This document shows positions 8,264 to 17,166 of a stretch of DNA of 64,000 nucleotides, piece after piece. This DNA is from Ruminococcus sp. GTDB lineage: Bacteria > Bacillota > Clostridia > Oscillospirales > Ruminococcaceae. The stretch covers positions 252 through 64,251 of the forward strand of contig JAEEVL010000019.1 in NCBI GenBank assembly GCA_016290875.1, read 5' to 3'. Made by a program: the position numbers and the translations under genes. Below the pieces are notes generated by a model that worked only from the letters and a program-made list of their open reading frames with translations, had not been told where the DNA came from and searched no databases. Each line of letters begins with the position of its first letter. Position 1 is the stretch's first letter.

Positions 8264-8733
8264 TTGAAGAAACGGCAACAATATGGTATAATATTAGAGT
8301 ATCTACGCTCGGACACATAAACGATTAATAATTGCTTGGTAGTAACCACTTTACTACTAAAGAAATACGACAGGAAGAAAAATCAAGGATTCAACACCGT
8401 AATTCACACTCAAAGAATCCCCATAGAATCGATGAAAACAGTACTTGTTATATCAAGAATAAACGACCGAAAATAAAAGTGTAACTTACTACTAAAGAAC
8501 ATTCAGCATACAGCCAGTTTCCTTAGTAGTAAAAAGCCCCGATTTTACTACTATTTTACTACTAACGACTGCCATAATATGCAAATTTATGCCGCAATTT
8601 GCCGATTTCGCCCCATTCTGTCAAAATGGGTGTAAAACAAACCAACCTTGCAAAAGTCCGCATAGCACGGCAAAATACGGCATTTCAGGAGGAAAAAATA
8701 GCATGATTCGTGTGATGTTTGTTTGCCACGGCA
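8264..8733 (+). repeat. attR: right arm of cassette 3 supplying promoter, RBS and first codons of the PTP gene
   Basis: TTGAAG-N17-TATAAT (8264-8292); arm motifs 8338-8360, 8486-8495, 8519-8568; AGGAGG; ATG 8703; core ATGTTTGTTTGCCACGGCA continues into intact gene. Confidence 0.9.
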
Positions 8734-9164
8734 ATATCTGCCGTTCACCTATGGCAGAATTCATTATGAAAAAACTTATTGCTGATGCCGGACTCAGTAA
8801 CGAAATATACATAGCTTCAAGCGCAACGAGCACCGAGGAGCTTGGAAATTCCGTTTATCCGCCGGCACGCTCAGAACTTTCAAAACACGGACTTGGCTGT
8901 TCCGGAAAAACAGCTGTTCAGCTAAGAAAGTCAGACTATGACAAGTACGACTTATTCATTGGAATGGACACAGCCAACATACGTAATATGTCACGCATCT
9001 TTGGAAGTGACAAAGATGAAAAGGTCTACAAACTCCTTACGTTTGCCGGGCGCGGAGATGATGTTTCCGATCCATGGTACAGCCGCGATTTCGGAAAGGC
9101 ATACAGCGATATAGAGGAAGGCTGCACTGCATTGCTTTCCTATCTCAAGGAGAATTATTTATGA
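8703..9164 (+). CDS. Low-molecular-weight protein tyrosine phosphatase (integration target gene)
   Basis: P-loop VCHGNICRS, DPWY motif; true start ATG 8703 with AGGAGG. Confidence 0.93.
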   Translation: MIRVMFVCHGNICRSPMAEFIMKKLIADAGLSNEIYIASSATSTEELGNSVYPPARSELSKHGLGCSGKTAVQLRKSDYDKYDLFIGMDTANIRNMSRIFGSDKDEKVYKLLTFAGRGDDVSDPWYSRDFGKAYSDIEEGCTALLSYLKENYL

Positions 9165-9349
9165 GATACACGATACTTGAAATATATGAAGAAGACTACG
9201 GCTGAGAGGAAATCCCGGACGGCGAAGAACCTATGTGCAGTGTCCGTGTCCGCGATGACAAAGGCAACGAAAAACTACTCAGAATAGCGGACTGCTATCT
9301 GATTGAAAACAAACTCGACCGAGGTTCAATACTGAACTGGGAAGAATGA
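9161..9349 (+). pseudogene. 62-codon small ORF interrupted by in-frame TGA at codon 15 (nonsense, sequencing error or recoded)
   Basis: AAGGAG RBS, ATGA overlap with PTP stop; MRYTILEIYEEDYG*EEIPDGEEPMCSVRVRDDKGNEKLLRIADCYLIENKLDRGSILNWEE*. Confidence 0.6.
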
Positions 9350-9369
9350 TATAAATACGGAGGATAAAT

Positions 9370-10923
9370 ATGAGTATACTTAACGTTGAACACGTAACGC
9401 ACGGATTCGGTGCAAGGCAGATACTGAACGACGCTTCATTCAGGCTTCTGAAAGGTGAACACGTCGGACTCGTCGGTGCAAATGGCGAAGGCAAATCCAC
9501 ATTTCTGAACATAATAATGGGCAAACTCCAGCCTGACGAAGGCAAAGTCGAATGGTGCCGTCATATAACCACAGGCTATCTCGATCAGTACAGCACTCTT
9601 GAAAAGGGCAAGTCTATCCGTGATGTACTGCGTGAAGCTTTCAATCACCTCTCTGACCTTGAAGCAGAAATGCTCCAGCTTTACGAAAAGATGTCCGACT
9701 GCTCAGAAGATGAAATGAACGATCTTATGGAAGAAGTCGGCGAGATACAGAGCATTCTCGATTACAGCGGTTATTACACTATTGACGCAAAGATCTCTGA
9801 ATATGCTAACGGTCTCGGACTCAACGAGATAGGTCTTGAAAGAGACGTAGCAGAGCTTTCCGGCGGTCAGCGAGCTAAGGTTCTCCTTGCAAAGGTACTG
9901 CTTGAAAACCCGATGATACTCATTCTTGACGAGCCTACAAACTTCCTTGACGAAAACCACATCAGATGGCTGACCAATTTTCTGCAGAACTACGAAAATG
10001 CTTTCATACTCGTTTCACATGATGTACCGTTTATGAACAGCGTTATCAATGTTGTTTACCATGTTGAAAACGCCGTTATGACACGCTATACAGGCGACTA
10101 TGATAACTTTGAACGTATGTATGAACTCAAAAAGCGTCAGATAGAACAGGCATATGAAAAACAACAGAAAGAGATCGCTGACCTCGAGGACTTCATTGCC
10201 CGCAACAAGGCAAGAGTTGCAACTACCAATATGGCTAAGTCACGTCAGAAGAAGCTCGACAAAATGGACAAGATAACTCTTATGCGTGAGAAGCCTAAGC
10301 CGACTTTTTCTTTCAGGAAGGCGCGAACTCCCGGTCGAGTTGTTATCGACTGCAAGAATGTTGTTCTCGGATATGACGAACCGCTCACCAAGCCTATTTC
10401 TGTCAAAGTCGAAAACGGGCAAAGAATTGCTATCCGCGGAGTTAACGGTATAGGGAAGTCCACCTTGCTGAAAACTCTCCTCAAAATCATTCCTCCCATT
10501 TCCGGATATGTTGAACACGATCAGTTCGTTGAATACGGCTACTTTGAACAGGAAGAAGAAAGCACTTCAAAAACTGCTCTTGACGTTATATGGGAAGAAT
10601 ATCCCTCTATGACAAACGCGGAAGTTCGTGCAGCTCTTGCACAGTGCGGACTCACCACAGACCACATCACTTCACAGATGAGAGTTCTCTCCGGCGGTGA
10701 GAATGCCAAGGTAAGAATTTGCAGGATAATGCTGAGAGAAATAAATCTTCTTGTCCTTGACGAGCCTACAAACCATCTCGATGTTGATGCTAAGGAGTCT
10801 CTGAAAAAAGCAATCAAGGACTACAAAGGCACCGTCCTCATAGTAAGCCATGAACCTGAATTCTACATGGATATTGCTGACAACATATGGAACATCGAAG
10901 AATGGTCCACCAAGATAATCTGA
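9370..10923 (+). CDS. ABC-F family ATPase (YfmM-like)
   Basis: Two ABC domains (GANGEGKS, LSGGQ; GVNGIGKS, LSGGE), no TM segments. Confidence 0.9.
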   Translation: MSILNVEHVTHGFGARQILNDASFRLLKGEHVGLVGANGEGKSTFLNIIMGKLQPDEGKVEWCRHITTGYLDQYSTLEKGKSIRDVLREAFNHLSDLEAEMLQLYEKMSDCSEDEMNDLMEEVGEIQSILDYSGYYTIDAKISEYANGLGLNEIGLERDVAELSGGQRAKVLLAKVLLENPMILILDEPTNFLDENHIRWLTNFLQNYENAFILVSHDVPFMNSVINVVYHVENAVMTRYTGDYDNFERMYELKKRQIEQAYEKQQKEIADLEDFIARNKARVATTNMAKSRQKKLDKMDKITLMREKPKPTFSFRKARTPGRVVIDCKNVVLGYDEPLTKPISVKVENGQRIAIRGVNGIGKSTLLKTLLKIIPPISGYVEHDQFVEYGYFEQEEESTSKTALDVIWEEYPSMTNAEVRAALAQCGLTTDHITSQMRVLSGGENAKVRICRIMLREINLLVLDEPTNHLDVDAKESLKKAIKDYKGTVLIVSHEPEFYMDIADNIWNIEEWSTKII

Positions 10924-11522
10924 TGCCCTGCTATATGTTCAATAAGCCGCGCGACTGTGTTACGGCACGTTCTGATGCGATACACAGAACAGTAATGGAC
11001 TATTTTCCGAAAGAACTCGCCGCAAAGCTTCATCCTGTCGGCAGGCTTGACAAGGATACAGAGGGACTGCTCATACTGACAGATAACGGCGACCTTGATA
11101 TGAAGATAATGCAGCCGGACAAGCATATAAGCAAAACTTACTTTTTCTATGCGCTCGGCGAAATGAATGAGCAGAAAAAGCTTATGCTCGAGAACGGTAT
11201 AGCTATGGCAGGCTTCACCGCCGGAAAAGCTATACTCTCAGATGTTCAGCATTATCGTATAGGAGAACTTGAAAAGTTTATGCCCGCAGACCGACGCGAA
11301 CGCTATATGAAGAATCCAAACGGTCCGGCCTTTTCGGCTTCTCTTACAATATACGAAGGCAAAAAGCATCAGGTCAAACTCATGCTCGAAGCAGTTTTCT
11401 GCCGTATCTTCTACCTCAGACGTGATATGATCGGAAGTCTTGCTCTCGATAATTCGCTGAAACCCGGAGAATACTGTGAATTGTCCCCTAACGAGATTGA
11501 ACTTTTGATGAAAAGCCAATAA
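10923..11522 (+). CDS. RsuA-family pseudouridine synthase (no S4 domain)
   Basis: FNKP, GRLDKDTEGLL, EGKKHQVK motifs; ATG overlaps upstream TGA. Confidence 0.88.
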   Translation: MPCYMFNKPRDCVTARSDAIHRTVMDYFPKELAAKLHPVGRLDKDTEGLLILTDNGDLDMKIMQPDKHISKTYFFYALGEMNEQKKLMLENGIAMAGFTAGKAILSDVQHYRIGELEKFMPADRRERYMKNPNGPAFSASLTIYEGKKHQVKLMLEAVFCRIFYLRRDMIGSLALDNSLKPGEYCELSPNEIELLMKSQ

Positions 11523-11661
11523 AAACTTCAATATAATTTAAAACGCCCCGAATCAGAAACATCATCTGATCCGGGGCTGATTTTACATATGAAAATGTGT
11601 AGGTTTATGCTGTTAGCACATGATATGCTTCAAGGGAACTCCCCCCTTCCACCATCAGAAT

Positions 11662-12408
11662 TTATGTAAGTCCTGTCGCTGAGTAATACTGATCGCGGTA
11701 CTGCTTAGGAGTAGTTCCTATCTCCTTTTTAAAAACGCTGATAAAGGCGCTCTGTGAAGAAAAGCCCAGCGCAAACGCTATTTCAGAACAGGGGTGGTCC
11801 GAATATTTCAACAGATTCTCTGCGGTATTGATGCGTGCTTTAGTTATAAAATGCTTCATAGTAGTTCCGGTCTCCTTAGCAAACAGCTTCGAGAGATAAG
11901 AGCTTTCGAGACCGACAACCGCCGCGAGCTTCTTAATTGAAAGATCTTCGTGGAGATTCTCATAGATGTAATCTATGCTCTTGCGGATATGGAGCGAAAT
12001 AACGTTATTCTTGCGCATATCGTGCATACGCTGTGCGTAGTCGACTCTCATCTGTGCAAATATGTCAAGCAATTCCTCGCAATCGTTGCAGGCATCTGCT
12101 TTCCTTATATATATATCGCTCAGAGTATAAGCCTCATCGTGACTCATTCCGCCTTCAACGCATACACGCGATATTACTGCTACCGACACTATAAGATGAT
12201 ACCTTATGTTCCTGACCGGATCATCTGAAAGCTGTCCCTTGCCCTCGCTGAAATTCTCTCTGACCTTTGCAAATCTGTCTCTGACTGATTCGACGTTGCC
12301 CTGCTGTATGTCGATATAACGCGACATCTCACTGCTGAATGGCATACGTGTAAATCCGTTCATCTTCTGAACATAGAGCCTGTAATTCAGTTCTTTTCCG
12401 GTATCCAT
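11662..12408 (-). CDS. AraC-family transcriptional regulator
   Basis: C-terminal dual HTH (LESSYLSKLF...EIAFALGFSSQSAFISVFKK..GTTPKQYR); divergent from MATE gene. Confidence 0.9.
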   Translation of the reverse strand: MDTGKELNYRLYVQKMNGFTRMPFSSEMSRYIDIQQGNVESVRDRFAKVRENFSEGKGQLSDDPVRNIRYHLIVSVAVISRVCVEGGMSHDEAYTLSDIYIRKADACNDCEELLDIFAQMRVDYAQRMHDMRKNNVISLHIRKSIDYIYENLHEDLSIKKLAAVVGLESSYLSKLFAKETGTTMKHFITKARINTAENLLKYSDHPCSEIAFALGFSSQSAFISVFKKEIGTTPKQYRDQYYSATGLT

Positions 12409-12552
12409 AAGTATCTCTCCCCACATATGTGCGATAAAAGACGATATTTTTTGATTACACTTTGATTATACCACATTTTTCATAAAAAAACAATGTTTTT
12501 GATATAATTGAGAACGCAATTATAGTATAATCACATCAGAAGAGGTGATAAA

Positions 12553-13923
12553 ATGGCAAGAACAAATGATATGACAAACGGTAAAGTTTCAAATGTGATC
12601 TTCAGCTTTTTCCTGCCCATGTTAATGACCAACCTCCTCCAGCAGATATATAACTTCTCAGATACAGCAATAGTCGGAAAAGGACTCGGCGACTCAGCAC
12701 TTGCAGCAGTCGGCAATATGTCCTCGCTTACATTCCTGATAATCGGATTCTCAATGGGTATGGCTAACGGTTTCGCAGTCATAATTGCACAGAATTACGG
12801 TGCAAGAAACATAAAAGCCCTTAAACGTTCTTTTGCTGCTTCGATCAAGCTTGCTGCAATGATAACGGTAGTCCTGACAGTGGTCAGTCTGCTGTTTCTG
12901 CGTAAGATAATGATCATTATGCAAACTTCCGACGAGATACTCGAGGACAGTCTCAGATACGGCTATATAATATTTGGCGGACTTGCCGCCACTATCGCTT
13001 ATAATATGAGTGCAGGAATTCTCCGTGCTCTCGGCGACAGCAAGACTCCTTTCGTTGCTATCATTATTTCATCCATAGTCAATATAATCCTTGACTGTGT
13101 ATGTATTTTCGGTCTTCATACCGGAGTCGAAGGTGCAGCAGCAGCTACGATTGCAGCAACATTCCTTTCTGCAGGCGTTTGTATCAGACGCATCTCCAGA
13201 ATAGAAGAACTCTCACTCAGCCGCAGCGACCTTTCAACAGACGGAGCACTCTACGCAAAGCTCCTTAAAAACGGTCTGCCAATGGCTCTTATGAACTCCA
13301 TTACAGCAGTAGGTTGCGTAGTTGTACAGTACTTCGTAAACGGTTTCGGAGTTGCTTATACTTCAGCGTATTCAGCCTGCAGCAAGTATCTCAATATGTT
13401 TATGCTTCCGGGTGTAACAGCCGGATATACGATGTCTGCCTTTGCCGGACAGAATTACGGTGCCGGTAAGATAGACCGCATTAAAGAAGGCATGAGTGTC
13501 TGTGTAAAAATAGCTCTCATAGCTTATGCGGTACTTGGCTCCCTTATGATATTCTTCCCGCGTTTTCTGGCATCTATCATGCTCAACGGTGAAGAAACAA
13601 TTTCACTCGCAGCAGAATTTCTCCCCATATGCGGAGCTATGCTGTTCGCAGTTGATCTCCTGTTCGTATTCAGGAGCTGTGTTCAGGGAATGGGCGCACC
13701 TATGATGCCCATGATCTCCGGAATACTCGAAATGGTCCTCAGGATCGCTGTTATCTTCCTGTTCATCGACGGACTTGGCTTCAAAGCAACAGCTTTTGCC
13801 GAAGCAAGCGCGTGGACCGGAGCTCTTATAGTAAACATGACTGCATACTTTATGTTTATGCGTCGTTCAGCTGCTAAAAAAACTGCTGAAAACTGTATGT
13901 GCAACCACGCATACGCACATTAA
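12553..13923 (+). CDS. MATE efflux transporter
   Basis: PMLMTNLLQQIYNFSDTAIVG, LRALGDSKTP, many hydrophobic segments. Confidence 0.92.
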   Translation: MARTNDMTNGKVSNVIFSFFLPMLMTNLLQQIYNFSDTAIVGKGLGDSALAAVGNMSSLTFLIIGFSMGMANGFAVIIAQNYGARNIKALKRSFAASIKLAAMITVVLTVVSLLFLRKIMIIMQTSDEILEDSLRYGYIIFGGLAATIAYNMSAGILRALGDSKTPFVAIIISSIVNIILDCVCIFGLHTGVEGAAAATIAATFLSAGVCIRRISRIEELSLSRSDLSTDGALYAKLLKNGLPMALMNSITAVGCVVVQYFVNGFGVAYTSAYSACSKYLNMFMLPGVTAGYTMSAFAGQNYGAGKIDRIKEGMSVCVKIALIAYAVLGSLMIFFPRFLASIMLNGEETISLAAEFLPICGAMLFAVDLLFVFRSCVQGMGAPMMPMISGILEMVLRIAVIFLFIDGLGFKATAFAEASAWTGALIVNMTAYFMFMRRSAAKKTAENCMCNHAYAH

Positions 13924-13974
13924 CTATCGCTATCCCCACACACCCATAGTGGTATCTCTCTATTTCCTTACCAT

Positions 13975-14016
13975 GAGCGTGATCTGTCATAGAGGTCACG
14001 CTCGATTTCTTTTTTC
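13975..14016 (+). terminator. Terminator after MATE
   Basis: GAGCGTGA...TCACGCTC + T-run. Confidence 0.7.
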
Positions 14017-14141
14017 AGTATTTATCCTGAAATATACATAACTGTCTGAAGCTGTCCTCGTGGGCAGCTTTTTCTGTTGACACATCACTCAGAATATGCT
14101 AATATTATACTGTTATAATGTAATTACAAGGAGAGAGCTCT

Positions 14142-15935
14142 GTGATATTACTTACCGCTCAGAACATTTCTAAAACATATATGGAACGCAAGGTGCTCGA
14201 CGATGTTTCTTTCTTCCTCAATGAGGGAGACAAGGTCGGAATCATCGGCATTAACGGCACCGGTAAATCCACTCTGCTGAAAATACTCGCCGGCGCGGAA
14301 GAGTCCGACAGAGGTGAAATAATCCGCACAAAAGGCACACGTATCTCCTACCTTCCACAGATACCGGAATTTGGCGACAGCGGCAGTGTACTTGAACAAG
14401 TACTGCTTCACCTGCCAAAAGATCTCCGCGAAGCCAAGGAATACGAAGCACGCTCCATACTCGACAAACTCGGTATTACTGACAAAGAACGCGATATAAG
14501 TTCGCTCTCGGGCGGAGAAAAGCGCCGTGCAGGTATTGCTGCCGCCCTTATACAGCCAAGTGATGTTCTGCTCCTTGACGAGCCGACAAACCACATTGAC
14601 AATGAAACAGCACAGCTTCTCGAAGATCTGCTTATGAAGTACCGCGGTGCTATCGTTATGGTAACTCACGACAGATACTTTCTCAACAAGGTTTGCAGCA
14701 AGATAGTCGAGATAGATAAGGGAAAGCTCTACGTCTGCGACGGAAAATACAGCGATTATCTGATGCAGAAAGCTCAGCGTGAAGCCGATGCCGAAGCTGC
14801 CGAACGCAAGAACCGTACTCTCTATCGCCGTGAGCTTGAATGGATAAGCCGCGGTGCAAGAGCAAGAGGCACCAAGTCCAAGGAGAGGATAGAGCGTTTT
14901 GAGGAGCTCAAGAACCGCGAAATACCGGTTGCTGCCGAAAAAGTGCAGCTCCAGTCAGTCTCATCACGTCTTGGCAGAAAAACTATCGAAATTGAGAATA
15001 TCTCCAAAACAATCGATGGCAAACCGCTTATCACGGATTTTTCCTATATCATTTCCCGTGACGCACGAATAGGTATAGTCGGCAGGAACGGCGAGGGCAA
15101 AAGCACTTTTCTCAGAATGCTCATTGGTCAGACTGCTCCTGACTCTGGAAGCATAACTCTCGGTGATACTGTGAATATCGGCTATTTCTCACAGGAATGC
15201 GAATCTATGGATCCTACAATGAGAGTCATTGAGTACATCCGCGAGACTGCTGATATTGTCCGCACTCCCGAAGGCACTGTTACAGCTGCTCAGATGCTTG
15301 AGCGCTTCCTGTTCAATTCCGAGCTCCAATGGAACCGCATAGAAAAACTCTCCGGCGGTGAACGAAAGAGGCTGTTCCTTCTGAAAATACTGATGACAGC
15401 TCCTAATATACTGCTCCTTGACGAGCCGACAAATGATCTCGACATTACGACTCTGACAATTCTTGAGGACTACCTCGAAAACTTCTCAGGCGCTGTAATA
15501 GCTGTATCACACGACCGCTACTTCCTTGATAAAATGGCAAACGAGATATTTGAGTTCAGAAACGGCATTTGCACGAGATTCAACGGAAATTACTCTGATT
15601 ACGCCGCAAAAGCTGCTGAGTTGTATTCTGATGAAGCCTCTAAGCCCAAGAAAAAAGCCGAGAAGAAAGAGCGCAGCTTTGTTGGCAAAACCCGTCTGAA
15701 ATTCTCATTTAAGGAACAACGTGAGTTTGAAACCATCGACGATGATATTGCTTCACTTGAACAGCAGATCGCTGATACAGAAAAGGAGATAACTCTTAAT
15801 TCTTCCGATTACGTCAGGCTCCAGGAGCTCTCCGACCTCAAAGATAAGCTCGAAACGGAGCTTTCTGAGAAAATGGACCGCTGGGTATACCTCAACGACC
15901 TCTCCGAAAGGATCGAACGCGGAGAAACTGTCTGA
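14142..15935 (+). CDS. ABC-F family ATPase (Uup/YfmR-like)
   Basis: Two ABC domains plus C-terminal KLSFKEQREF-type coiled coil; GTG start. Confidence 0.9.
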   Translation: MILLTAQNISKTYMERKVLDDVSFFLNEGDKVGIIGINGTGKSTLLKILAGAEESDRGEIIRTKGTRISYLPQIPEFGDSGSVLEQVLLHLPKDLREAKEYEARSILDKLGITDKERDISSLSGGEKRRAGIAAALIQPSDVLLLDEPTNHIDNETAQLLEDLLMKYRGAIVMVTHDRYFLNKVCSKIVEIDKGKLYVCDGKYSDYLMQKAQREADAEAAERKNRTLYRRELEWISRGARARGTKSKERIERFEELKNREIPVAAEKVQLQSVSSRLGRKTIEIENISKTIDGKPLITDFSYIISRDARIGIVGRNGEGKSTFLRMLIGQTAPDSGSITLGDTVNIGYFSQECESMDPTMRVIEYIRETADIVRTPEGTVTAAQMLERFLFNSELQWNRIEKLSGGERKRLFLLKILMTAPNILLLDEPTNDLDITTLTILEDYLENFSGAVIAVSHDRYFLDKMANEIFEFRNGICTRFNGNYSDYAAKAAELYSDEASKPKKKAEKKERSFVGKTRLKFSFKEQREFETIDDDIASLEQQIADTEKEITLNSSDYVRLQELSDLKDKLETELSEKMDRWVYLNDLSERIERGETV

Positions 15936-15944
15936 ATAACACGC

Positions 15945-15977
15945 AAAAGCTCTCAGGCTTATCACCTGAGAGCTTTT
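15945..15977. terminator. Bidirectional terminator
   Basis: AAAAGCTCTCAGG-N7-CCTGAGAGCTTTT between convergent genes. Confidence 0.85.
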
Positions 15978-15993
15978 CCATTTTTAGGTATTC

Positions 15994-17166
15994 TTATTCA
16001 GCGGATTTAATTCCCTGCTCCTTTTCCCATGCTTCTGCTGCGTTGTTCTTATCTGCATAGTGAGTAAATTCAAGATCCTTCCAGTTGTAGCTGTCTACAA
16101 TTTTAGTATAGTCAGCATAAGCATCTAATGTGCGTTCCTGAATCAGTTCACCATTCTGATATAAACCGGCATAGCTGAATTCATTTAAAGCCTTAAATGT
16201 ATTATCATCACCGAATTCAAAAATCTGTGTAAATTCATATCCTTCCTTGGAGAAGGTATATATCTTCTTTTCCTCAGGACAATATCTAATAACAGCAGCG
16301 CTTATATAACTGCCGTTTGTTGTTCCATCCCAGCTATGGTATTCACCTTTAGCCTGCTCATAATTCTCGCCATCGAATACATACATTAAAGTATTCGTAG
16401 TAGCAATATTATCTGACTTTATAAACAACTCAGGAACATCATCACCATTCACATCCTGAAAAGCATACATAATATTCCAGTATTCTCCATTGATCTTCTC
16501 GACCTTAATTCCTTCTTCATCATTATATTCTACATATGAACCTTCGTTCATAAAGCTTTCAAGTGCTCTGTCGCGTGCTTCTTCATAATTGATCTCGGTA
16601 ACAGTTGTCTCCGTTTCAGTCTGAGCAACATTTGTCGCTGCTGTTGCAACACTCTCAGAAACAGTAGTTTGAAGTGAATTTGTCGCTTCAGCCTCAGCTG
16701 TTGTAACTACGCTGTCAAATACAGTAGTCTCTACCTCAGCAGTTGTATTAAGAACAGTTGTTACTTCGGTTGCAGCAGTTGTAACTTCAGCAAGTTTGTC
16801 ATTCTTATCCGGCGACTTGAAGCTATGATTCTTAATCATAAACACGCTTCCTGCAACAAGTGCAACTGCTGCAGCTGAACACATTCCGATATAGATCATA
16901 TGTGAAAGCTTGCGTCCCTCATATCTTTCAACACCAGATACAGTTTCTCCGTTTTCCTCTATAGCATTAACCTTTTTATTTGTATTTTCTTTCATATCAA
17001 TCAGCTCCCTTTTTTCCTTTTCGTACTTATTCATCGTATATCTGAGCATTCTTGCTCTTGCGTTCTTATCAATGTCCATATTATCGGTACCTATTCTTTC
17101 AATGGTATCCATATCGGAGTTTTCGAGTACATCAAAACCGATATCTTTGTTTTTGTTTTCACTCAT
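15994..17166 (-). CDS. Putative anti-sigma factor: single TM, Thr-rich linker, extracellular domain
   Basis: Overlaps the ECF sigma stop; TM AAAVALVAGSVFMI; TTAATEVTT repeats. Confidence 0.65.
   Translation of the reverse strand: MSENKNKDIGFDVLENSDMDTIERIGTDNMDIDKNARARMLRYTMNKYEKEKRELIDMKENTNKKVNAIEENGETVSGVERYEGRKLSHMIYIGMCSAAAVALVAGSVFMIKNHSFKSPDKNDKLAEVTTAATEVTTVLNTTAEVETTVFDSVVTTAEAEATNSLQTTVSESVATAATNVAQTETETTVTEINYEEARDRALESFMNEGSYVEYNDEEGIKVEKINGEYWNIMYAFQDVNGDDVPELFIKSDNIATTNTLMYVFDGENYEQAKGEYHSWDGTTNGSYISAAVIRYCPEEKKIYTFSKEGYEFTQIFEFGDDNTFKALNEFSYAGLYQNGELIQERTLDAYADYTKIVDSYNWKDLEFTHYADKNNAAEAWEKEQGIKSAE

Larger units (their letters stand above)
6131..8733. mobile_element. Integrase-less cassette 3 (2603 bp): DarTG
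   Basis: Bounded by att cores at 6130 and 8733; carries only darT-darG. Confidence 0.82.

Noticed and set aside
8589-8702. N-terminal extension of the phosphatase in the ORF track
   Set aside because: Lies in att-arm DNA; strong RBS precedes ATG 8703
3580-8733. CRISPR array
   Set aside because: Repeats are >200 bp with kb-scale gene-containing spacers; no cas genes
1652-8733. Classical integron (IntI/attC)
   Set aside because: Integrase is Tn916-type with an arm-binding domain; junctions are arm/core att sites, not palindromic attC hairpins. 'Integron-like' is functional analogy only
9370-15935. Antibiotic-resistance ABC-F genes
   Set aside because: Both resemble housekeeping YfmM/Uup-type ABC-Fs in chromosomal context; no leader attenuator seen
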